Positions 24,609 to 35,242 of a stretch of DNA of 64,000 nt are shown here, piece after piece. Every line of letters starts with the position of its first letter. Position 1 is the stretch's first letter. The position numbers and the translations under genes were made by a program. The stretch spans positions 248,001 through 312,000 of the forward strand of contig QPGO01000017.1 of the NCBI GenBank assembly GCA_008632985.1. The letters run 5' to 3'. The DNA is from Psammoneis japonica (Eukaryota). The notes beneath the pieces were generated by a model, which was not told the origin of the DNA, ran no database searches, and saw only the letters and a list, made by a program, of their open reading frames with translations.

Positions 24609-26615
24609 TTAAAGTTCCTCCACCGTAACGAATCCCCCAGCGCCTCCCGCACCACTTCTATCTCTGTGAAGCTGAAATGCCCAATCTAATTGGTCCATGA
24701 TAGGAATACACATTTTGCGCATTACCTCACCGCTTTCTGTTTGAGGCAACTCCTTTCTCATGCTTTCCATCTCTCGATACACTGCTTCGAGCCCTTGGAC
24801 AATACGCGCCAACTTCTTGCTGTTCTGGCTCATTCCAATGGAGTCTAGTTTCCGCAAACCATAAAAATGCCGAAGTAATTCCGATGAGCGACTGAAAAAG
24901 GTATGGAGTCTCCTTTTGAAATCTTCAGGAAGAGAATCAACAACCTGACGAGTGTCAGCATCTGTCTGAGAATCGATTGCCATTTTCTTTGTCAACGCAG
25001 CTAAAAGCTCTTGCCCTAGCTTGGGGGGAGGAAACGAATTATTCTGATAATTTGTCTGCGCGGTCCCACCATTGTCAAGGAGAGGAGCCGCCATAGTTTG
25101 CAACTTGGACGCCATGGCCTTTGCGAAAATGGCCTGTCGTTTCAACCTTTCTTCTTCCGATTCGTTCGAAGATTGCGCCCCCGTTCGTCGTCCGGAGTAG
25201 TATGCCTCGATGTTTTTCAGCGTCAGTTTCTCGTAAGCATCTTCTTCTGTGACGCCAAAGCCCTGAACGTGATTGGCATCATCTTCTGACGCATTGGCGT
25301 ATCCGACCAAACGCTTCATTTCTTGATGCACCCCGCCAAGCACTTTTGCATCGTCATCGTCTTGTATTGTTTGATCTACACTTTTTCGCGCAACCTCCAT
25401 TAGATTACTACCGGCTACAGCTTCGTCAGGGTTCAAGACCATTGCCCAATGCCGATTGTATTTTTTCACCACACGAGCACCTTTGCCGTCATCAGCAGTG
25501 TTTGGCGGAAAGTAATCTTTCTGTCCCTCGAGCAAATGTCCGCGCTCGGTTTCAGCCGTAGAAGAAAGATCAAACTGACCAACGGCCAATCGTGTTCCCC
25601 ACTTGCGTGCCAGGGCGCCTTGACCGTTTCCACCTTTGAGTTTGGCATCATACCGTGAAAAAATATCATCGCTACCGACTGCGGCCGCGCGAGCATCCTC
25701 TTGCTCCAAAGACTTCGCCGCCTTGGCCGCATCCTTTCCTGGGGCACCATGTTGATTCCGAGCTGCAGTACCTAGTCGGCCACGATCACGGTGAAAGTAT
25801 TCAGACTAAGAAAACCAAAAACATAGAAAAGGGTTAGGGTCACATGTGAGAAGCTACTTTCAAATTCGAAAGAAAACTCGACGGCTTACCTCCAAGTACT
25901 TTCGCCAGAACTGTTCATCACTTAGCTCAAGAGGGACTTTCTCTTCGTAAGCCTTGTGCACAGCCGGATATAAAATAAAGATCTGTCTCATTTCCTCCAC
26001 TCCCAGAGTGACACGCCCTTGTAGGGGCAGATATGACTGCATCAAGGATGAAGTGCCTGCTTTAGTCGTCCCGCATATCTTTGCGTACTCTTCTTCCAAC
26101 ATGCTTTGGTGCGTCCGCCAAAAGTCATCTTCAGAGACCGTTTTTGTTTCAGAGACAAGATACTGATGCTGAGCGCGAAGGTCCGGGTTCGACGCCAACA
26201 ATGTCGATCTCGTTACAGCCAGCGCGGTGGCATCCATTTCACCAAAGTCGGTAGTTATGGGCTTGGGCGGAGTCGACATTTCAGAGTGACGCCGTTTCTT
26301 ACCACCAGACGCCTTGAGGCGTTGCAAACGTGCTGTGACATCCTTTCGAATTCTGTCTAACTCAGACCTTGACTGAAACGTGAAAGTAAGACTCTTTCCA
26401 TTCTTGAGAACAAGCTTTAAAAGAGCTTTGGGGTGAGAGGCAGGACTGACTTGGTGCTTCGACACGTCCTGCCACGGCACTCCGACAGTTGCGTTCGCCG
26501 ATTTGAAGCTCAGCTGATCAGAAGCTAACAAGATTTCACCTTGTTGTTTCTTATAGAGAACCTGAGAATAGGTGGAGAATGTATCGAGCGCTGGATTCGC
26601 CGCCGCTACAGTCAT
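24609..26615 (-). CDS. GTF2H1: General transcription/repair factor TFIIH p62 subunit (PH + BSD domains), 640 aa, 2 exons
   Basis: Exons 26615-25890 and 25805-24609; GT-AG intron 25889-25806 joins EQFWRKYLE|SEYFHRDRG in frame; N-terminal PH (HQVSPASHPKALLKL) and BSD repeats (SEDDFW; IFILYPAV..AYEEKVP..LSDEQFW). Confidence 0.9.
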
Positions 26616-27310
26616 GCCGTCAAGGTATTGTTTTGGTTGCAGTGGCGGTGGTGCTCATTGCTCCATGTTGGCCGCGGTGTGCGGCGTGCGCGATGATTGC
26701 TTTGTTATTTTGGCTGTGATGAATACACCTTTTCAGTTGCAGATTTCGTTCCTAGACTCTTTTTACCAAAATTTTGTCTGCGTCTCTGAGTGAAACCTCT
26801 TCGAGAGATAGTAAATTTATGTTACCAAAAATTATGGTTATAATGAATAACGATAATAATCGATACTGGAGTCTTATTAGGAGAAAAATTGTAGATAAAG
26901 CTATTGAAGTTAGAGAAATTAAGATATATATCAATGTAGAAAATAATAGAAAGGAATGTGACTCTAGTACAGTACGCAGTGTACATACGGTAGGGCCCAT
27001 ACGTCGGATGGATACAGTACCGACTGACCGCTTTCCATTCATTTTCCCGCGAAAAATCAGCGAGCGAGCTACCACCGAGGCGACGGCGTTCCCACCATTG
27101 TGCGAAGCCTCGAAATAAAAGCGACTTCGCTTATCGACTCGTGCAAAAGAAGACGCAGCAAGGAGGCTACTGGATCGAAAGGAAAAGCTCCGTCAAAATA
27201 GGAGGACTCGACTGAAACTAACGGAGGTCCAGTATCGTCCAGTTTCGCTTCCGCATATTGCAATCGCATGACAAGAACGGCAAATCGCTGTTCGTGTGGA
27301 CTTGGTTTCG

Positions 27311-28162
27311 ATGGTACCCGATCCGTACAAGGCGTTGGGAGTTTCACATGAAGCTTCTCAAAGTCAAATTAAGGCGAAATTCCGAAGCTTGGCTCTTCAA
27401 TATCACCCGGACAGGTTGACGCGACAAAATGCTTCTCCTGAACAAGGCGAAGCTGCCACTAAGAGATTCTCTGAAATTGCAGCCGCGTATCAATTGCTCT
27501 CGGACCCAAAACGAAAGAGAGAATACGACCATGTGTACAAGTTTGGAGGATACGACGACACAACAGATAGTAGACATTCATCAAGACAACCGTATCAACC
27601 ACAAAGCGGTCACGCAAGTTCGAGCCAAAGGGACTCCCACCTGCGCAATGAAAAGCGAGAAAGGAACGGCATTGGCTACACAATCTTTGACCCCATCTCA
27701 TTTATTTGTTCACAAGGAAGGAATCAGTCGGCTGCAGTAGCAGGAATTCAGATTCCATCTCGAATGCATCTAGGAAGGCCACCACCAGGTGGAGGAGTGC
27801 GGTTTGCTTTCTCATTAGGACAGTACTCTACTTCGTCATCGGGAGAGACAAGGCATGTATCAAAAACAACTCAATTTGTAGAAGGAAGGAAATTTAGCCG
27901 AGTAGAAACTACTACGATCCATGCCGATGGACGAAAAGAAATCATTATTGAGGGCGATGATTACATTGAGCGACGCTATTGTAGGGCACCTCGTAAAAAG
28001 AGAGCACATAGTGGTTCGCCAAACGTTCGAAGCTGTTCCACCGGCGAGGATGTCACTCAACAGGAAGAAAATAGCTTACCATGGTATGTGAGTGCTTGGC
28101 ATGGAATTCGCGAAAAGGTATCCATGTGTCATAATCCCTGTGGGATAGCCTTGGCTCACTAA
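27311..28162 (+). CDS. DnaJ/Hsp40 domain protein
   Basis: N-terminal J domain DPYKALGV...LALQYHPD...AYQLLSDPKRKREYD; ATG at 27311. Confidence 0.9.
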   Translation: MVPDPYKALGVSHEASQSQIKAKFRSLALQYHPDRLTRQNASPEQGEAATKRFSEIAAAYQLLSDPKRKREYDHVYKFGGYDDTTDSRHSSRQPYQPQSGHASSSQRDSHLRNEKRERNGIGYTIFDPISFICSQGRNQSAAVAGIQIPSRMHLGRPPPGGGVRFAFSLGQYSTSSSGETRHVSKTTQFVEGRKFSRVETTTIHADGRKEIIIEGDDYIERRYCRAPRKKRAHSGSPNVRSCSTGEDVTQQEENSLPWYVSAWHGIREKVSMCHNPCGIALAH

Positions 28163-28325
28163 GGCTAGAGTAGCCGCAAAAAGAAATAGTTGACTCCTTA
28201 GACCTTGATTTCAACGAAAATCAAAACACATCATCCGTAGTACCGTATAAAATTGAAGAGTCAAACAGGATCGTGTCGTCTCGTTCAGGGGACGGTTCAG
28301 TGAAACTTGCTGCTTTCATGCAACT

Positions 28326-28943
28326 TCAAGCATCCTTCTCTGGCCAATCGTAAAGTTCCAATAGCACGTCCAATAGCTCCGGAAATGGACTGAAGAAATG
28401 AGAACGTCCGGGTAGCATATGATACGTATCTGTCAAGCCTAAACCATCCCTTATTCGTTCTGCCTCTTCCAACGGAATGAACGGGTCGTTATCAGAATGA
28501 AATTGATGCCACACCTTACAATTCGCTTTCATGCTCTCAAACAGATAAGGATTTTCTTCCTCACCACCTCCTTTTGATTGGGGATAGTAACCAGATAACC
28601 TTTTGCCTGCGTCTCCTAAATCACTGTATGTTGCAGCGACAAGAATTGCTGCGTGCACTTTTCTAGTTTCAGTGTAGCGTAATGTTGCTTGGGCTCCGGA
28701 ACTGTGTCCGACGATAACTATTTTCTCCGGAGAGTCTGGCGCACACTTGGTTGCAAGAGATTCGATAAAGGGTATCCAAACTTTCCTCTTGGCGCAGTAT
28801 GGATCTGGAAAGTCCTCACATAAACACGGTATACCTCGTTGCGTAAGTTCGTCGAAGAGATGGCCGTACCAATTCGATTGCCGAACATTGGTGCATCCAT
28901 TCCCCGGACAGATTATCACTGTAGGTAATCCAGATGGCTTCAT
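28326..28943 (-). CDS. RBBP9/YdeN-family alpha/beta hydrolase
   Basis: PGNG..NWY, nucleophile elbow GHSSG, HSDNDPFIP, GRSHF; first ATG at 28943. Confidence 0.9.
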   Translation of the reverse strand: MKPSGLPTVIICPGNGCTNVRQSNWYGHLFDELTQRGIPCLCEDFPDPYCAKRKVWIPFIESLATKCAPDSPEKIVIVGHSSGAQATLRYTETRKVHAAILVAATYSDLGDAGKRLSGYYPQSKGGGEEENPYLFESMKANCKVWHQFHSDNDPFIPLEEAERIRDGLGLTDTYHMLPGRSHFFSPFPELLDVLLELYDWPEKDA

Positions 28944-29528
28944 TGTTATGGAGTGCGATAGTAATTGGGGACTTGTCTTCAGTTTCAAAAATTCCTGTGA
29001 TCCACAGGCTACAGGAAGCGGGGAGCGGCGGTACTATGCCACGGTGAAAAGTTGTGACGCGATACGCGATCTTTTTTCGTTCTATACATCACTCCCCAGC
29101 GTTTGAAATCAAATTTTTGACCCGGTCTGACATCCGTCTGACATCCGTCTGACACCCGTCTGACATTTTTTTTTGTCAGACTACGCACAAAATACACGAA
29201 AAAAATTCGTTTTGAAACGCCCGTGAAACGCCCGTGAAACGCCCGTGAAACATTTTGCTTGAGAATTCTGTTCGCTGAGGATTGTTTTTGCGTAGGATTT
29301 CTACGGAGAGCTACGATGTACTGTGTCTCCCCACGTTATTTTGTGCTACAGTAGCAGCCGTGCTGTACCACCGTACGTCGTACGTGGAGCAAATCACGAC
29401 CACCGAACACCGACCAAATGAAAACACCGACACCGGCGCTGGTGACTGGTGAGTGGTGAGAATTCAGAATGTTGGCAGTCGTAACAGTAGAGACTAGAGA
29501 GTTTGGTTAGACGACACAAATCGTACCA

Positions 29529-30845
29529 ATGCCAAAGTCCAAGAACGATTCGTCCCACCGGTCTGATCGGAACGAAGCTCCATACAAGGAGCGAAAACGA
29601 AGCCGAGAGGATCACCATGGAGAACGCCGTGGTCGTGGCAAGCATCACCGCCGTCACGATGAAAAGCGCCATGACCGTCGTGCCAGTCGGGAAAGCCAGG
29701 ATGATACGACTCCATGCCCAACCTTTGATGCTATGAATCTCAAGCCTGATCTTTTGCGGGGAATTTACGCATACGGATTCGAGAAGCCATCTGCTATTCA
29801 ACAAAGGGCGATTCGTCCCATTGTGCGAGGTCGCGATGTAATTGCTCAGTCTCAATCAGGTACAGGAAAAACAGCAGTGTTTTCTATTGCATCGTTACAG
29901 CTTTTGGATGAAACGAGTCGTGATGTTCAGGTCTTGATTCTTAGTCCAACGCGAGAGCTGGCAGAACAAACACAGCGAGTGCTGCAGTCACTTGGCGACT
30001 TTCTCAACGTCAATTGCCACTGCTGTATCGGAGGTAAAAGCATGGGACTCACCCTCAAGGCTTTGGAGTCGGGAGGAATTCAGGTGATTTCCGGAACTCC
30101 TGGTCGTGTCTATGACTTGATAAGGCGTAGTGCGCTTTCTACCGACAACCTCAAGGCAATGATTTTAGACGAGGCAGATGAGATGCTAAATCGTGGTTTC
30201 AAAGAGCAGATCTATGACATCTACCGATACTTGCCGCCGTCGACACAGGTTGTGCTCATGAGTGCCACGCTCCCCAATTCAGTGCTCGATATTACGCGAA
30301 AATTCATGAACGACCCTATTCGAATTCTTGTGAAACGTGATGAGTTAACGCTCGAGGGAATCAAACAATTCTTTATTGCGGTTGAAAAAGAAGAATGGAA
30401 GTTCGATACGCTTTGTGACTTGTATGATACCCTTACAATTACGCAGGCGGTGATCTTTTGCAACACTCGATCCAAAGTCGATTGGCTCGCGGAGAAAATG
30501 AAGGAAGCACACTTTACCGTTTGTGCCATGCACGGCGACTTGGACCAGGAGGCGCGTGATGCCGTCATGGAAGAGTTCCGCTCTGGTTCATCTAGAGTGC
30601 TCATTACAACTGATCTTTGGGGAAGGGGAATTGATGTGCAGCAAGTGAGCCTAGTTATTTGCTACGACCTTCCCACCAACCGAGAGTTGTACATTCATCG
30701 TATTGGGCGCTCTGGGCGGTTTGGACGTAAGGGCGTTGCTGTGAACTTTGTTCGTACAGAAGATGTTAGGACACTGAAGGATATTGAGCAGTTCTATAGC
30801 ACGCAGATTGATGAGATGCCTCTCAATGTCAGTGATTTGATTTGA
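29529..30845 (+). CDS. EIF4A3: DEAD-box RNA helicase eIF4A-III (exon junction complex core)
   Basis: [51 protein letters not shown]; eIF4A-III-type [29 protein letters not shown]. Confidence 0.96.
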   Translation: MPKSKNDSSHRSDRNEAPYKERKRSREDHHGERRGRGKHHRRHDEKRHDRRASRESQDDTTPCPTFDAMNLKPDLLRGIYAYGFEKPSAIQQRAIRPIVRGRDVIAQSQSGTGKTAVFSIASLQLLDETSRDVQVLILSPTRELAEQTQRVLQSLGDFLNVNCHCCIGGKSMGLTLKALESGGIQVISGTPGRVYDLIRRSALSTDNLKAMILDEADEMLNRGFKEQIYDIYRYLPPSTQVVLMSATLPNSVLDITRKFMNDPIRILVKRDELTLEGIKQFFIAVEKEEWKFDTLCDLYDTLTITQAVIFCNTRSKVDWLAEKMKEAHFTVCAMHGDLDQEARDAVMEEFRSGSSRVLITTDLWGRGIDVQQVSLVICYDLPTNRELYIHRIGRSGRFGRKGVAVNFVRTEDVRTLKDIEQFYSTQIDEMPLNVSDLI

Positions 30846-31354
30846 GACGGATCTTGCTCCTGCACCCGAGATTTTATTGTTGATAACCTGCTTACCGTCA
30901 AAACTAAGTTTGTCGCACACAAGGTCTATGGTATCTTCTAGTCTACTGTATCTACTCGTGCTTCCTTTTGACTGCCTCACATAATACACATCGTGAAATA
31001 TTAACAGGCTCCCAACATTGGTGGCAAAGTCAATCATGTGTCGCGTTTTTGATTCGAGATACGGTAGATACCGGTAGGTAGATAGATACAGTACTTCTAC
31101 TTCTACCTACATAAATAATGCATGCCGGTAACGGGTTTTGAGCGCACTGACTCAGCGAAGAGAGCACACACAACATCATCTTCTGCATCACTCATCACTC
31201 CCATCCCATCCACTGCATACTGCATCACGCATCCCACTCCCATCACTCATCACTGCACTGTAGGACGAGATAACGAGGCATTCTAGCCTTCCGCTGATCT
31301 ACCTAGACTGAAGAAGCAAACCGTACATTCTAAAGTATTTCCAAGTTCGTTAAG

Positions 31355-32128
31355 ATGAAAACTTCTTTCAGCTTCTGGATCTTTGTCGCGACACCGGTTC
31401 TAATGTCACTCCATGCGTGCGTGTGCTCGGCATTTGTCACGTCACTGCCAACAACGTTTATCTCCCGTCAAGGCGGTCATCTGCAAATGGCAGTGGAGTT
31501 GGAACCTGAACCCGAAGGAGGTGAAGAAATGCAGTCTATCGATACCATAGTTGGAACGCGGATGAAAAACATGGGAGAAACAGACGAAGTAAAAAGCGAC
31601 GACGGCCAAGTGTATGATTTCTGGCTTTCGACTGAAGCAAATGGTGCTTTGTTAAACGAGATTCGCATACAGATTGAAAAAGACGCCGCCAAGAATGTGA
31701 GAACTCAGAAAGCGCTTTTCGATCACAGCTTGGAATCCTTTCCAGGCACACCTCTCTCGGCGATACCAGCTCAATTTCTAATCTCATTTTTCTTTTCGTA
31801 AACCAATCTGCAGGCAAACTTTCCTGGGTTTCGCAAAGGTCAGATCCCCCCGTATGCTCGACCACAGATTATCGCATTTGCAGTTCAGGAGGGCCTCATC
31901 AAAACAGTAGAAGCCGCGGTGGCTGCGTACGGTCTCAAGGCACTTCCCGGCTCTGACGGTGAGATTAATGTCAACGAAGAAGTGAAGGAGATGTGCAAAG
32001 GATACAAGCCAGGGGACTCGCTTCAGTTCACCGTAAACTTTAGGGCAATCTTTGACCCAGAGAAGTCGGGCCGCGCTGTAGAAATAGCAGAAACAGTTTC
32101 AGAGGACGTGGAGACCAGCGCCGAGTAA
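31355..32128 (+). CDS. Plastid-targeted protein with trigger factor ribosome-binding domain, 218 aa, 2 exons
   Basis: Signal peptide ending CSA-F; exons 31355-31696 and 31814-32128 (GT-AG intron 31697-31813) restore the trigger-factor signature KN|ANFPGFRKGQIP. Confidence 0.82.
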
Positions 32129-32469
32129 TCGCCAAGTCGTGTATATCTCTCTGACCAAAGCTATACCGTGTTGCGCAATGATGTCAATGAACTTTGCAAA
32201 CTCGTACAGTCGTATGCTTGTGGGAGAACGCAGTTCGATACACCTGTAGTTCATGGAAGTCGCGCGATGAATGAAGTAAACAACTTCCATAAATATAAAC
32301 ATTGTATGGCTTTCGAAGCACCTACTAGTACGCGTTAGATGTAAAAATTTACATTAGCTTGAGCCAGCAGCACCAATGACATACCGGATTGGAAGGCTGC
32401 CACTTCTGGAGGCAATGTTTATTGTATAAGTACCGGTATCAGCGCTCTCCTGCAACGTAGGCAATGTTG

Positions 32470-33873
32470 TCATGGCCGTCCCATGACATAGCGAACTGGC
32501 GGTCGTCCACTTCTGGCAGCGATACTCAGTGTGTATGCTCCCATTCGATCAAAGATAAGAAAATCTCCAACTTGCATCGGTGGCAAATCGTAATCACGGC
32601 AAACTACATCATAGGGCTCACCGGATGGCCCATGCACCGTGCTACGACAAGTTTCATCGGTTGCCTGATCTCTTAATTTGAGCGGTATTGGCACAAAATT
32701 CTCGTGGCACAAAAGCACGTCCTTGAAGACGCCATGCACTCCTTGTGCAATGTAATAGTGCCGATGGACAATTCCTTCCTTCTCAACGACACGCACGCTG
32801 TAAATTCTGCTACAAACAGCAAAAGCGGCTTCAACAAAGTACCTCCCAGGTTCAGCGATAACTTGAATAGGTGATTCATTTGGAGGAAAAAGCTCTTCCA
32901 ATAGCGGTGTCACCAAGGCTGCAATAGTAGATGTACTAGAATCATCACGATGCTGGAGTGGAATTCCTTGTTGAATCCTCCCACAAAAACGGCCTTCATC
33001 ACCCCCAGCTCCGTCAAACCCTGGAAAACCACCTCCAATATCTAGAAGACGGCAGGGTGGATCTGACTGGATTTGATTGATCTTGTCCATAGCTTCCTTG
33101 GCAAGTCGAATTGCATTTACATAAGCCTGTGCATCGTGACATCCAGACCCACAGTGAAAGGACACTCCAATGATTGGTAGTCCGAGAGTCACGGCCTCTT
33201 TGACCAGAGAATCGACCAATGACGGAGGGACACCAAATTTTTCGCCAAGTGGAATACTCGATGTTGCATCCGGAACCAGGATTCGCAGCACCATTTCGGG
33301 AGGCAAAGGGTCATTGGCTGTACCATTACATCGCTTCTTGTAAGCACGATGCACCTTTTTCAATTCCTCGGGACCATCAAACGTTAGCGCGTCGACTTTT
33401 AATTCTAGCGCAGACTCCAAATCTGCCTCTGCTCGCTGTGGATTGGCATAAATACATCTCCGTGCATTGTCATTTGTAGATCCTAGAGCCAATTTGATTT
33501 CGGGGAGCGACGCACAGTCAAACCCTACTTGGTCAGACTGCTGTCCTAGCACAGAGGCAACCATCGAATCAGGGTTGCACTTCACGGCAAAGAATGGTTT
33601 AACCCGAGGAAAGAGACGATACCAAATCTCTAGTTTTCTGCGAACGACATTTAAATCACACAACACAAAGCCATCATCGAGCGAATCTTCTTCTTCCTGG
33701 GAGAGGCTCTTTTTGTTGATGAGTGACTTTACTTCGTTGAGAGCACATTCTGAAAGAGATCCTACTGATGGAGGAATCATGTGGCAGCAAAGGGGCAACC
33801 TTGTCGTGTCAATCCTTGACTCAGGCTGTTCCGATGCCGGGAGCAAGACATCAATACTTCGCAGCGCAGTCAT
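32470..33873 (-). CDS. Ornithine decarboxylase-family (fold III PLP) protein with atypical active site
   Basis: PFFAVKCN (PLP lysine), GFDCAS, YANP, KFG, GVSFHCGSG, LDIGGGF, AEPGRYF, MGAYT; first in-frame ATG at 33873. Confidence 0.9.
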   Translation of the reverse strand: MTALRSIDVLLPASEQPESRIDTTRLPLCCHMIPPSVGSLSECALNEVKSLINKKSLSQEEEDSLDDGFVLCDLNVVRRKLEIWYRLFPRVKPFFAVKCNPDSMVASVLGQQSDQVGFDCASLPEIKLALGSTNDNARRCIYANPQRAEADLESALELKVDALTFDGPEELKKVHRAYKKRCNGTANDPLPPEMVLRILVPDATSSIPLGEKFGVPPSLVDSLVKEAVTLGLPIIGVSFHCGSGCHDAQAYVNAIRLAKEAMDKINQIQSDPPCRLLDIGGGFPGFDGAGGDEGRFCGRIQQGIPLQHRDDSSTSTIAALVTPLLEELFPPNESPIQVIAEPGRYFVEAAFAVCSRIYSVRVVEKEGIVHRHYYIAQGVHGVFKDVLLCHENFVPIPLKLRDQATDETCRSTVHGPSGEPYDVVCRDYDLPPMQVGDFLIFDRMGAYTLSIAARSGRPPVRYVMGRP

Positions 33874-33901
33874 TATCCCCTGTAACGGAGACTCAAGAAG
33901 A

Positions 33902-33966
33902 TCACTGTTCAATCATCATTGTGAAAAGATGTCTCGACAGTTTCGATTGGCTCTACCAAAAGTCAT
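33902..33966 (-). promoter_or_regulatory. Two overlapping upstream ORFs in the ODC-like leader
   Basis: uORF1 33966-33916 (MTFGRANRNCRDIFSQ*) and uORF2 33919-33902 (MMIEQ*) overlap at ATGA; transcription start not known. Confidence 0.45.
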
Positions 33967-34292
33967 GAACAACGCAACGGCACACGGCACCGGCACGGAA
34001 GTAAGAGAGAAAGAAATACTGTAATGGAATCCGGTCGGAGGTCGGTCGGAGGGAGAAAACCGATTTCAAAATCAGATCGATCTCTCATTTTGAATTCCGG
34101 ATTCCTTTTGTCCTTGAACTGCTTGAAGCCGCGATCTTCTGGCTCACATCTCACGAAAAACGATATTCAGTACGATTTCAGCGTAGGATTCTACGTGAGT
34201 TCTTCGGGATGGCGCGAAATGATCGCGCATTTCGTTGGCTTGCGTCGTCATTCCCACTCTTCACACTCCGTGAGAGAAGACCACAGTAGACC

Positions 34293-34943
34293 ATGATGAA
34301 GCAAATCTTTGCCCTCCTTGCGCTCTTTGCGTCTGCATCCGCCTTCGTGCCGGCATCTACCTCGGCAGGTATGTTGCATACTCGAACATTGCGTTGGTGT
34401 TTTCGTTTGGACCGATGACTACTTCATTTCGGCCATGGTGTTTGTCAGTTTTCTCTTGGCGTAGAATTTGTACGGGGACGCACAGCAGTTTTCTGTGAAG
34501 AACCCGAGAAAAAGAAAAGCAGGTGTCGCACATTCTTCAAAATGGTGAAGCTGCGCCGCTGCTTGGCAAATCGGCAATGTTGAGCTGGAAATAACATGAA
34601 TTACTGTTGGCATAGTCTCACCCTTCTGTTTGTTTGTTGCTTCTTCACAGCCTTCGGCGTCGCCCGCCAGGCACCTGCTCTCTCCATGGCCATGAAGGCC
34701 CCGGAGTTCACCAAGGGAATTGCCGCCGCTGCCGCCGGAGTCATGCCCGCTATTCTTTCCTCTACTGCCGCTGTTGCTACCGAGGGAACCAACGAATGGT
34801 TCGGTGTTGATGATCTTCGTCTGCTTGCTATCCTTTTTGTTGGACACTGGGCCATCCTTTACCTCTGGCTCCAATCTTACGGGGACTACGACGAGAGTGA
34901 AGATTTCTTCGGCGAGATCGACTACACCCGTGCCCCTAAATAA
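34293..34943 (+). CDS. psbW: Photosystem II subunit PsbW-like precursor, 122 aa, 2 exons
   Basis: Exons 34293-34368 and 34651-34943 (GT-AG intron). Signal peptide ASA-FVP, lumen-transfer AVA-TEGT..FG, one TM helix, acidic tail. Confidence 0.8.
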
Positions 34944-35242
34944 ACTACTTCCACTCTCTCTGAGTCAAGCATTTGGATGTAATGTCTATAGACGAGCTTG
35001 AATTGGCTAATCGAGTACTCGCGTAATGGTAGCAATTTGGACCTACTAGTAAGAATAACGATTTGCCGAAAATGTGTTTTAATTTGTCTAAGCAGAAGAT
35101 TGCAAAAGAATGCGTATTGAACAACGGAACTCTAGAAATTCGTACTGAATGATGAGTCCTCAACAATACGTTTGTTCTTCACACTTTCACCATTCGTTTC
35201 AACAGAGAGTCTAGCCCCAAGTACCTACTACTACTGACCTTT

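Noticed and set aside
31185..31260. CATCACTC-type low-complexity repeat upstream of the trigger-factor-like gene
   Set aside because: Short simple-sequence tract with no further structure I can support.
33874..33912. ORF-track starts at non-ATG codons (ODC 33912; also 27296, 28988, 39802, 42107)
   Set aside because: Eukaryotic genes; the first suitable in-frame ATG was used instead.
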